From: Bugula neritina
Lineage: Eukaryota > Animalia > Bryozoa
Direction: 5' to 3'
Length of the DNA stretch: 64,000 bases
Assembly: GCA_964035545.1 (NCBI GenBank)
Contig: OZ037770.1
Coordinates: 14,560,642-14,624,641 of the forward strand
Part shown: positions 53,091 to 64,000 of the stretch, piece by piece
Layout: each line of letters begins with the position of its first letter
Numbering within the stretch: position 1 is the first letter of the stretch
Notes under the pieces: generated by a model
Databases searched by the model: none
Told to the model about the DNA's origin: nothing
Seen by the model: the letters and a program-made list of their open reading frames with translations, nothing else
Translations under genes and position numbers: made by a program

Positions 53091-53624
53091 GGTGCTTATG
53101 CTAAATTATTTATCTCTTAAAATAGCAATTTTATAGTATAGTTGAGATTTTATCTTTACATTTTTAATGAGTTTAATCTCTATAATATAATTGAACTAAA
53201 TTCCTGGTAAGAGGAAACAATTCCTAATTGTAAATTGAGTACCAGGGGTATTGGAAAATAATTTATTATAATAATATATAATAATATATATTATATATAG
53301 TATATAATAATATACATTTTATGTAGTATATTGTTCCTACATTATATTTTCTTGTAGAAAGATGCACCAAGAAGATTAAATAATTATATTCCCACCTAAG
53401 CCCATTATTCTTACAAAACTACTACAACCTTTTGATTTCATTATTTATTTATATTTCAATATTGCATATTGTTTTTTGATAATATAACATCAAATTGCAT
53501 ATCAAAATTAGCAGAGCAGTTTAATACTAAAATTTTATTGCAAAAATTTTCCAAAAAATAATGTATGTCAAAATATATATCTACAATATTATAAACTTCC
53601 TTAGTTATTGAAAAAAAATTAAAG

Positions 53625-54517
53625 TTATTTCCCATAATCCAACTGCTTTTCAAAAGAAGTGGAACTAAGTAAGACTTTCTCCTTGGTCCACCCTTTGTCC
53701 AAGTAGTAAATAGAATATCTATGGCTGTCAATGCTCTTTTTCACAGGTCCATGCACTCCTGAACAGTGCTTGTGGTACGTGGTGAGAACTAGACAAGGGT
53801 TCCTCACCGTGAATTTAAGCTCGAATCTGAACGTGTAGATCATTGCTAAAATAGTAAGTGATTATGCAGAAATACTTACAACTTTTTTCTAAATTTGAGC
53901 AGCTTTTACAACCGAAAATAAAGAATATGAGAAATAGCGTCATGATTTTAATATCACATGACAGGAAGTTGAAGTTTGACTTGAATCTATTGTCTAGCGG
54001 AATTGTTTGTTCTTTAGCCTGCTGTTGAGTCTTAAAGCGCGAGAACTAGTAAAATGCTAGAATATAAAATATGTCAGTTTTTGTTAACAATTTGGCCATA
54101 ATTTTATATATCTTTGAATTTATTTGTCAAATGTTACAAGATAAATTGACATAAACTTTCAATTTCAATAAAAATACCAGGTGGTGAAATAATTTTGAAC
54201 CTCAACTGTTTGAAAATCCAAACTGGTTCATTTTTATCACAATATAATAAATAGGAAGTTGTCTCACCATTTTCAGCTCCCCACATGTTGATTGGATAGT
54301 CTAGTTTATCTAATATTAGAGTTTCATTCAGTGGCTCCGCCAGTCTAAATACATGAGTGTCATGTGAAACTGAAAATAGACAGCATTTTACTATATAATA
54401 CTGTAAAATATGAAGCTATGCAATGCCATAATACGCTGTATTATGCATATAATATCATGTTATAGACACAATAGTATATTACATTATAATGCTACTGGAC
54501 TGAATGACTGACTGACT

Positions 54518-54560
<43 letters not shown>

Positions 54561-57500
54561 TGACTGACTGACTGACTGACTGACTGACTGACTGACTGAC
54601 TGACTGACTGACTGACTGACTGACTGACTGACTGACTGACTGACTGACTGATAATAAAAGCTTATTCTTTCTGTAAGCTAAGATTTTATTGAAATTTCGT
54701 AGAAAGTAATATAATGTTGCAGGATTGAAACCCAACTTTTTAGCAACAAAAATGGAATACTTGGTAAGCTAGGTTATTTTCTCTAAAAGTGCTGGTCTTT
54801 CTGCAGTAGCTTAGCTAAAGAATACACATGTTCGCACACAAGCAAAAGCAGTTGAAGTAATCTATAATTCTTACACTGGTATCCTTTGGCTAAGACCATG
54901 TTTTTTTTGTGACAACTTAGAGCGGGTTTTTCTCTCTCATAGCGAGTCAACGAATACATCACTTTCTCATCTCTCAGTCGTTGGGTGTCTATCGAGTCAA
55001 ATCCATCACCAAGAACTGAAAATGTTCAAACAACTTTATAAAGTTTTTCAATAGGGAAATGCATGAAAGTATAAGTTTCATAATTTACTCTGCTATACTT
55101 GGAAATTATTTTCTGGTGCTTGTACAGCAATTTAAAACTGTGCATTACAATTTGAAGTACGGTACTTGAACTACAATTCAATGTTGCGTTATTGTCTACT
55201 CTTGTATATTTTTTACACAAATTTCTCTATTTTAGATTACTTGAAATGTTTCTGTTTTCACTGTGTAAATGAAAAATTTGAAAGCCAGCAAAGAAAATTG
55301 CTAAATTACACATTTTTTTTCTGCTCATTTATGAAAAACAGTAAAACTTGCAAAAAACTATAACTATTCAAAAATTCCAGGAAGTCTAAAATCTTCAACA
55401 GCTATAGAATAACAAAGTCTCTATGGCAGAAAGTGTGATTATATCACGAGAAAAATTGAAAATATTCTATAACTTAATTATAAGATGGTAGAATGGCAGC
55501 TTAATGTTTGTATATAAAATAGTTTTCGTTAAAACTAATGAAATAATATGTTGAAATAGATGAAACGTTATGGCTTTGCATTTGCTCATCTTCAGAGTAA
55601 AAGCTGTTTGCTGCTGTTCTTGCAAATGCTTATTGTGATATTTTAAAATATAAACATTTCAAAGCAAACATAAAGCTTCAAAAATCTAGATCTTGTTTTT
55701 ACAAAAAGCTGAATCTAAACTCAAGTTAGCTTACTGATATCTCCATTCATGGCTATCACTGGCTGGTCGACCAGGTTCTTTGAAGAGTAGATGAAGAAAT
55801 CAGACATGTGAAGTGATCGATTTATCTTCACCAAAATCAACTTCTGACTTTGAGAACTGTTCCGCGTCAAGAGCGTCTACAAAAGAATAAACCAATTGGA
55901 AAGCTTGGAATGCAATTTGATTATAAGTATATTCTGATTATATAAATATTAGAATATATATTATAAATATCATAATATATATTATAAATATATTAATCTG
56001 ATTATAAATATTATAATATATATTATAAATATTATAATATGTGTTATAAAAATATTCTGAACCAATCACCAACAATACTACTGTAATTAATTGAGTCGTA
56101 TGATAATTTCTGTATTTACCAAATCTGATTTACTCTATCAAATACTTTAATTTCACCCAATAAGTTATAGTCGTCAGCAGAAGATGAACGTTTATCAATA
56201 AACTACTGCCGGGAAACCAAAGAAGCCTAATTTTTGCTTAATAAATTTTTCAACAAGAACTTCAATAATGTTGAAAAGCGTTTAATCAGATGAATATGGG
56301 AGAAGAAATAAATAAAACTGATAGTTAATAAAAGTGGTTGATAATGTAGCTTTTTACTGAATAAGGTATAAAACAGTGTTTATATCAAGTATCCAACTGC
56401 AACAACTATTGTGGCTATTGCAGTAACACACAGACACACAGACATTATAACAGCTAGACACACCTTCAAGTTGGAGGTATTTACGTAGAAAAGGTGTAGA
56501 TTCTTAACTAGAGGGTGAGCCAAGTTTGTAGCTATTGTGTCCAAATATTCGTCATCTCTCCGATCAAGAGCCTCTTTATCAAATGTGGAGTAGTGCGGAG
56601 GAAGTTCTCCTGAGATTAGGATAAAAATTTTATTGATTCTAGCCGATTATGTAAGCAAGTTGCTATACATTGAATGTGGTTACAGCAACGATATTTTCTA
56701 ATTCAGTGAAGAAGTGACTAATTGTGAATTCAATTGAAAATGATATACACAGCCGAATATGATACATTATGGAACCTTGTGGCTTTTTGATGAAAATAAA
56801 CTGCCAACTAATTCAGCACCAAATAATTTAATTTTTGCCAAACATCTAAGTCTAACAGTATGTTAAGCCTTGGGCGGCTAGTAGAGTTGTATGCGTTTCT
56901 ATACAAACCATTGAACAGCTGTAGCATGGTCAGTACATGAAATTGGTTAGAGGTCTTGTTTGGTGGCTGATTTAGGTTAGAGGTCTCTGTATGTTCCACG
57001 AGTGGCGAGCCATGAGGTCTAGCAGTAATGTTTGCTTTGTTCAACACAAATTCCCCGTCTCTAGACTTTGAGCTCTTTAGATCTGAAGAGCTCTGTAGCT
57101 CAGTCAATTCTTTTATCAGTACTTCTGATTGGTTGGTGGAAAGTTTTGGTTCTTTTGGTTGGTTGGTAGAAAGTTTCGGTACTTCTGATTGGTCAGTGGA
57201 AAGTTTCAATACTTTTGATTGGTTAGTTGAAAATTTGAGCGCTTCAAATTTCTTTACAGTAGCGCTTATCACTGTTTGTGATTGGTTGATGGCCTGCAAC
57301 AACACTTTTGATTGATTAAAAAGTTGTTTCAGTTCTTTTAATTGGCTGACTAAAAAAGCAGCAGTATCCAGATGACTATGATTAGATGATGTTTTATATG
57401 AATTGCTGCCGTTAAATGTTGATACTGTTTCCTTAAAGGAAGTAGTGGACAAGTTCAGGTTTCTATTCGTGTCAACCTTTACTCTCTCCACCAGGTGTTT

Positions 57501-58734
57501 CTCAAACTGTGCACAAGAGCGAGGAGTTTCCGAGAGGATATCTGAAAGATTGGCAATTTGTGAGCGGATACTGTAGTAGTACTGTAGTAGTACTGTAGTA
57601 GTACTGTAGTAGTACTGTAGTAGTACTGTAGTAGTACTGTAGTAGTACTGTAGTTGTACTGTAGTAGTACTGTAGTAGTACTGTAGTAGTACTGTAGTAG
57701 TACTGTAGTTGTACTGTAGTAGTACTGTAGTAGTACTGTAGTTGTACTGTAGTTGTACTGTAGTAGTACTGTAGTAGTACTGTAGTAGTACTGTAGTAGT
57801 ACTGTAGTAGTACTGTAGTTGTACTGTAGTAGTACTGTAGTAGTACTGTAGTAGTACTGTAGTAGTACTGTAGTAGTACTGTAGTAGTACTGTAGTAGTA
57901 CTGTAGTAGTACTGTAGTAGTACTGTAGTAGTACTGTAGTTGTACTGTAGTAGTACTGTAGTAGTACTGTAGTAGTACTGTAGTAGTACTGTAGTAGTAC
58001 TGTAGTTGTACTGTAGTAGTACTGTAGTAGTACTGTAGTAGTACTGTAGTAGTACTGTAGTAGTACTGTAGTAGTACTGTAGTAGTACTGTAGTAGTACT
58101 GTAGTAGTACTGTAGTAGTACTGTAGTAGTACTGTAGTAGTACTGTAGTAGTACTGTAGTAGTACTGTAGTTGTACTGTAGTAGTACTGTAGTAGTACTG
58201 TAGTAGTACTGTAGTTGTACTGTAGTTGTACTGTAGTTGTACTGTAGTAGTACTGTAGTAGTACTGTAGTAGTACTGTAGTAGTACTGTAGTTGTACTGT
58301 AGTTGTACTGTAGTTGTACTGTAGTAGTACTGTAGTAGTACTGTAGTAGTACTGTAGTAGTACTGTAGTAGTACTGTAGTAGTACTGTAGTAGTACTGTA
58401 GTAGTACTGTAGTTGTGCTGTAACACCCACCATATGAATATATATGAAACGTAAAACTGTACATGTTGAATCACAGACACACATTGCTTTAATTTTTTGT
58501 TACCATTATGTCTTTTAGTTTTAAAGGAAAAAATTTATATTAAAGATAGATTGTGGAATTTTTCACTTAATTCAAAACCACGGAATCTCACTGTTATAAC
58601 AATTGATCGAAGACTGAATATTAAAGAGTTTAATTTATGATAATGTAACAGACATACTTACCAAAGTAAAACCAGATTAGAATTATTCCAACTCCAGTAA
58701 TAAACACCAACATCTTGGGAATTGCTACTGACAT
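53625..58734 (-). CDS. Putative GT-A-fold glycosyltransferase, paralogue 3 (485 aa, long repetitive stem)
   Basis: Minus-strand exons 58734-58662 (MSVAIPKMLVFITGVGIILIWFYF), 57541-56909 (stem, FHVLTMLQLFN), 56609-56464 (RDDEYLDTIATNL), 55876-55735 (VIAMNGDI), 55015-54875 (GDGFD..MYSLTRY), 54369-54268 (SHDTHVF..WGAEN), 53845-53625 (NPCLVLTTYHKHCS). 1458 nt in frame. Confidence 0.85.
54497..54651 (+). repeat. (GACT)n microsatellite
   Basis: Direct reading. Confidence 0.95.
57570..58412 (-). repeat. 11-bp minisatellite (minus TACTACAGTAC, about 76 units) in intron 1 of paralogue 3
   Basis: Plus strand ACTGTAGTAGT repeats; stop-free in all three minus frames. Confidence 0.97.
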
Positions 58735-59611
58735 ACTTGAAATGTTTGAAGAATAACCCAACGTCTATTACGATGAACTGTTCACGACTATTGCATCAAA
58801 TACTTGTGTTATGCTGTAATATCCAACAGTATAAGGTACATTATTATCTATTCAAAATCATAGGTAATGACATCCCCTATTGATTGTGTTCTGGAAAATT
58901 GAATGATATAACGCAAAGCTTCTCCTTCTACTTGAAAATTTATTAGTCCTAATATGAGTCATAACAGTGTGTCAATTTTTAATTGTCCAATGTTTAGGCT
59001 ATATTATATGGATGCCTAAATGCTTAAAAACAATTTATAGGCATTGTTGCAATCACATTTAATAGTATGTAATTTTGACCTTTTAGACTCAGTATAAAAC
59101 TTGATGAAAATAAAACTGTTTTGAAAAAATTCTCATTGTTTCGCATTCCAAAAGAAATTTATTTTTGTCTGACAAACATGTTCTAAATAAATTGGTTATT
59201 GTTTAAATATGTGTTATTTTTTATTAATTTATACTTTTACTATACATTTAATTATATTTATATTTGATAAATATTATGTATTATATATACTAAATTTATC
59301 ATATTATTTTAATTTATATTTTGATAAAATTTTTATATTGACTTGAAGCAAATTTTGCACTGCTTAAAAGTTATCCTCATATTTACCCCTGGAGTTATTT
59401 CCCCTCTTTGTCTAATACAATATCAAGGTGAATCGTGTTTCTATAGATTATTATATCCACTCAATGAAACATTCTAAATTTCTTTCTGGAACACACGTTT
59501 TACTTTCACTTCACTGACCTAGTTTGAAATGAATTCTTAAATGGTGCAGCCATAAAAAATTGTGAGGGGAAAACAATTTTATTTCTGTAAAAGTTGTCAA
59601 AACCTCTGCCT

Positions 59612-59822
59612 AAATCACGCAAGTTTATAGTCACTATCCCTGTGAGAAACCCTTGATAAAAAGGGCTGTTGTTAAAGTGGGCTAAGGATTTATTCAAATG
59701 GGACACCGAAGCAACTATGACTGGATGCTCTTCCTAACATCACCAATGGTCTTTGTTCGGCTGGAAACCATGACTGTGTTTACTAGGCAAACGCTCTAAC
59801 CCCTAGACCATGGCTGCTCCCT
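59612..59822 (-). mobile_element. SINE family B, near full length
   Basis: Reverse complement match to 48573-48790 across head, core and tail. Confidence 0.8.
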
Positions 59823-60465
59823 TTGCTTAAATAGTGGATTATATTTTTAAAGTTACGCTCTTTGAACATTTACTACAAGCAAATTATATATTAAACTTAC
59901 GTCATTTTGAGAAATTGGATTAGCGTTACGGAATAGAATATATACAACATTATATACTATATGGAAACAAATGCAATCTATTTATTATATATAGACTATT
60001 TAGCCTACATGCCTGCTTAGGCCATCATTAGCTGGTATGTTGAATTGCATAAGTTTTTTTTCTACAATATCAAACTTAGAATAACTAAACAGTTGTTTCT
60101 ATTTGCACGTTTTACAGAAAACAATCAATTGCTAATGGTTGCAATCCTGATAAAGCTAGCCAATGCAACAAAGCATATGAAGAAGATTTGATGTTTTATT
60201 TAAATTTGCCAAAAGAACAAGGTTGTTACTAACAAAGCCCAATTTTGTTTGATAAGAAAATATTTTCACAAAACATTGCATGAGAGGCATCTAACAATGT
60301 CCAATTACAATTACCAATTGCGTTTGAATGGAAGTTGTGTTTAGAGCAAACAGCTGTTTATGCATGACTAATTTCATATTATGAGTTCATCAGATTAACG
60401 TCAGGTGTTAGTTTACACTAGCGTGCATCAGAGCAAATAAGTTTTAGCATTCAAGTAGAAAAGGT

Positions 60466-63400
60466 ATGAAGTGGAGGAATCGATTATTTTATTTAGTATT
60501 TTTGACTATCACCGTTTTGTGGTTCTACCAATGTAAGTGGAAGCATACTAATACTACATTATACAGCTGTGTTAGCATGTATGTGCTATAATAGGTAGTT
60601 TCATTACTTACCATGGGTACCACAAGTGTAGGGGTATGTGAAGTACATATGAGTATCATAACTATAACTGTTAATAATATGAGTACTGTAACTATAACTG
60701 CTAATATGAGCACTATAACTGTAACTGCTAGTATGAGTACTATAACTATAACTGCTAGTATGAGTACTATAACTATAACTGCTAATAATATGAGTACTAT
60801 AACTGTTAATAATGTGAGTACTATAACTATAACTGCTAATAATAGGAGTACTATAACTATAACTGCTAATATGAGTACTATAACTGTAACTGCTAATATG
60901 AGTACTATAACTATAACTGCTAATAGGAGTACTATAACTATAACTGCTAATAATATGAGTACTATAACTATAACTGCTAATAATGTGAGTACTATAACTA
61001 TAACTGCCAATAATGTGAGTACTATAACTATAACTGTTAACGTAGGTTTGATAACAACTATAACTGTTGGTGCTAGTATTTTAAAACTATGTAGTATGAT
61101 TATATAACTAAAATGTCAGTATGAGTCAGAATAAATTTTATATCATGTAGAAAGTCGAGTCTGAATTCTTTTCTACCTCCATAAGTCTTGGAACAACATC
61201 TAGCCACATTTTAATTGCAACGTTTGAAGTTGACTTATCTTTATTGTAGAAGTGATTCTTATATAGTAAGGCATACATCTGCCAGTTGAATAATAAATCT
61301 CACATATATTTGCTTTACAGTTTGGTGGTCGTCTAAAGATGCTTGGAATTCTGAAAATACTTTTTTAAAGCCAGAGCATCTAAAGTCGTATATTGAGATA
61401 ACAGGAGAAGAAAAAGTTGTTTTTTCAAACAGCATTTCGTCTCAAAACTCTAAGGAAAAACCTATCAAACCAAAAAGAGAGTCTAAGTCGGCCTCTGCTC
61501 CTGCTAGTCCTCTAAACGACGCACTAGAAGATGCAAAAAGCAAAACATCAAATGGTAATTTTTCATGACATGAAACTTAGTCTTTTGCATAGATAAACTT
61601 GCTAAAAATAGCGGCTGTAGAAATATGCAAAGCATAGCCAAACTCTGAAGAAATAATAACTAACTAACATAGTGTTCTGCATTACAGTTGTTTATTCTTT
61701 TTGTGCTAACAGCTAAAAACAGTAAGAGCTGTTTTTTTATTCCAGCTGAAAGGGAACAAAAACCATCAGCCTTTGCAAAGTTTTACTTATTAGTGATGCT
61801 TAGCGTTTCAAATGGTGAGTATAGAGATCAATTCCATCATGAAATAAAATTTACAATATTGTAACATAATATATTTCATAATAAATGAGTAACATACAAA
61901 ATTATAATAAATGGTGTAACATATTATATATTTGTAAGAGACCTGTTACAATGTGGAGTAGTAGAGAGAGTTAAGGCTTTCAGTTCAGGTACTGTAGTAT
62001 TTCTAACGTCATACAATATATATTATGAATAAAAAGTGTAATGTTAATTTTATTCATATATTTTGTTTTATTGTTTTATATTTTGTTTTAATGCTATGTA
62101 TAGGCTTTCTGAGGTGAAGCTATTAAAAGTAGTAGAGTAGCTAATAGCTAGTATTTCTAGTGAACTAGAAGCATTCTCTCTACCGTTCATCATACCATAT
62201 ATCTAATACAATACAATATAATATAATATATTATATTGTATTATATTATATTATATATAATATAACATTATATAATGTATTATATTGTAATATATTATAT
62301 TATATTGTATTATATTATATAATATACAATATAATATAATATTTAATATATTAATTAGTATAACGTAACATAGCATCATATACTATGGCATATAGTCTAT
62401 TTAATGTAGTATAGAATTATTATTATTCTAATTCACCATTAGGCCACCATTACTCTGGCTACCAGAACTACAGTAAGGAAGACCTTCTTGCTAGAGACCA
62501 AGAGTACATGTCCGTCTTAAATCACAACCTGAATCATGAATCCGTTCAGGAAGTTCATCTCTTTTACAGAAGTACTGAATCCTTGCAGGTATTTTTTCTG
62601 CGAGTCACTCCGAGTTTGCGTCACAGCTGAGCGAGTTTGTATTACAACTTAGCGAGTTTGTGTTACAACTTAGCAAGTGTGTTACAGCTGAGCAAGTTTG
62701 TATCACAACATAGCAAGTTTGTATCACAACATAGCAAGTTTGTATTGCAACATAGCGAGTTTGTATTACAACATATTAAGTTTGTATTACAGCTGAGCGA
62801 GTTTGTATTACAACATAGCAAGTTTGTATTGCAACATAGCGAGTTTGTATTACAACATGTCAAGTTTGTATTACAGCTGAGCGAGTTTGTATTACAGCTG
62901 AGCAAGTTTGTATTACAACATAGCGAGTTTGTGTCCCAACTTAGATTCTAGTACAATTTGGTGAGATTTTATTCTACATGGTACTAAATTATCATATACT
63001 AGTAGTTGAACCTCAGCAAGGCAGTTGCAACTAAAAGGTTGCCCTTATCTGTCCACTTGATGAGTTTCTAGTACGAGTTATCTGTGAGTAGAATATTACA
63101 AGCGCTAAAATATAGCCTATAGTAATATGTCATTGCCTGCAATTATGGCAGTTAAATAAAGTTTAGTAAAAGTAGTATAACAGTAAAATTATAGATATTT
63201 AAAATGCTTGTATGCTAACCATTTTACAAATTGTCCCTGTTGACGGTGTATGTTAATTATTAAACAATGGGCGTTCCATGCTAATTTAAGAATTTCAAGC
63301 ATTTTCTACAATTATTAGTGTATTTTGTTAATATAAGCTGACATAATTTCACTGGGCATTGAACTAATTGAACAAAAGACCTCAGTTTTGTGGTAGAGTT

Positions 63401-63644
63401 TGGTAGTTTATTTTTGGTTCTTATTAAATTAAATACAACTCTATATTAATTACAAACAATTTTGAAGTATCATTCTTTCCTTAGTATAATAATATATTTT
63501 AGATTGTGCAAAATCAAAACTATACTCAAAAGAAGAAACTGGTATTCATTCAAAAAGAAAGCGGAATGAACATGTCGGACTTCTTTTTATATTCTTCGAG
63601 GAATTTAATAGACAAGCCAGTGATTGCTCTCAATGGGGACATAA
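60466..63644 (+). CDS. Putative GT-A-fold glycosyltransferase, paralogue 4, 3'-partial (continues past window end)
   Basis: Exons 60466-60532 (MKWRNRLFYLVFLTITVLWFYQ), 61321-61554 (stem), 61746-61814 (FYLLVMLSVSN), 62443-62588 (RDQEYMSVLNHNL..VQEVHLFY), 63503-63644 (MSDFFLYSSRNL..VIALNGDI). The last two exons have the same 146/142-nt sizes and phases as in the other paralogues. Confidence 0.8.
60648..61070 (+). repeat. 27-30-bp minisatellite (GAGTACTATAACTATAACTGCTAATAAT) in intron 1 of paralogue 4
   Basis: Direct reading. Confidence 0.9.
62610..62945 (+). repeat. 21-bp minisatellite (AGCGAGTTTGTATTACAACAT) just after a paralogue 4 donor
   Basis: Direct reading. Confidence 0.9.
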
Positions 63645-64000
63645 GTTAGTTGTTACCTATTTGTATGGCGGATGAATCTATCCTGATAGATAGGAAAACA
63701 TTTATGAAGAATGTGGAAATATGAATCTTTATAAAGCATGGTGTAGCGTTACTTATCTAATTAACGAAAATAGAGTGATATGATATAGTAGCACACATAT
63801 TTGCATCACCTAGTTTCTGCTAATAAGTGTTATTGGTTTTTTTAATTATCAATTATTTAATAATTAGTCAATTCTGTTAATAGCTGCCTAATAAAAGATA
63901 TGAATCCTGCTGCACATTGCTAATAGTTTAATATTAGTGCTAAAGTTATATAGCGGTAAGAAATTGTTACAAATATTTGCCATATTTGTTGGCCAATATT

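Noticed and set aside
56808-58484. 558-aa, 333-aa and 320-aa ORFs with (LLQYYYSTTTV)n
   Set aside because: An 11-bp repeat open in all frames produces them. Only 57541-56909 is a supported exon.
60525-61107. MSTITITANN repeat ORF resembling an ice-binding or beta-solenoid protein
   Set aside because: It lies inside intron 1 of paralogue 4, is open on both strands as expected of a simple repeat, and has no convincing exon boundaries.
62637-62951. Heptad VLQHSEF / CCNTNL ORFs
   Set aside because: Translations of a 21-bp intronic minisatellite.

Overview
AT-rich, intron-rich animal genomic DNA. It is probably a spiralian or other invertebrate, but the taxon cannot be fixed from sequence. From left to right: (1) a chordin/short gastrulation gene on + (18 recognisable coding exons, 6562-17356; CR1-4xCHRD-CR2-CR3-CR4; signal-peptide exon not found). 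(2) A complete 7-exon Tollip gene on + (21082-26532). (3) A cluster of four paralogous, uncharacterised type II membrane proteins: + 29527-40612, + 44501-50509, - 58734-53625, and + from 60466 running off the window. All four have an N-terminal anchor, a hypervariable stem and the NGDI motif. The three complete copies also show SHD, WGAEN and H-x-HCS motifs, which together suggest a divergent GT-A-fold glycosyltransferase family. The paralogues show exon-restricted homogenisation, one GC-AG intron and a head-to-head pair. Introns carry two tRNA-derived SINE families, hAT- and MULE-like MITEs with 8-bp TSDs, long perfect hairpins, decayed L1/Tx1 and Gypsy relics, and many minisatellites. Several of these minisatellites are tandem copies of splice signals (branch point, donor, acceptor). 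Most ORFs in the supplied track are repeat artefacts or exon read-throughs. All gene models were spliced by hand and no database search was run.
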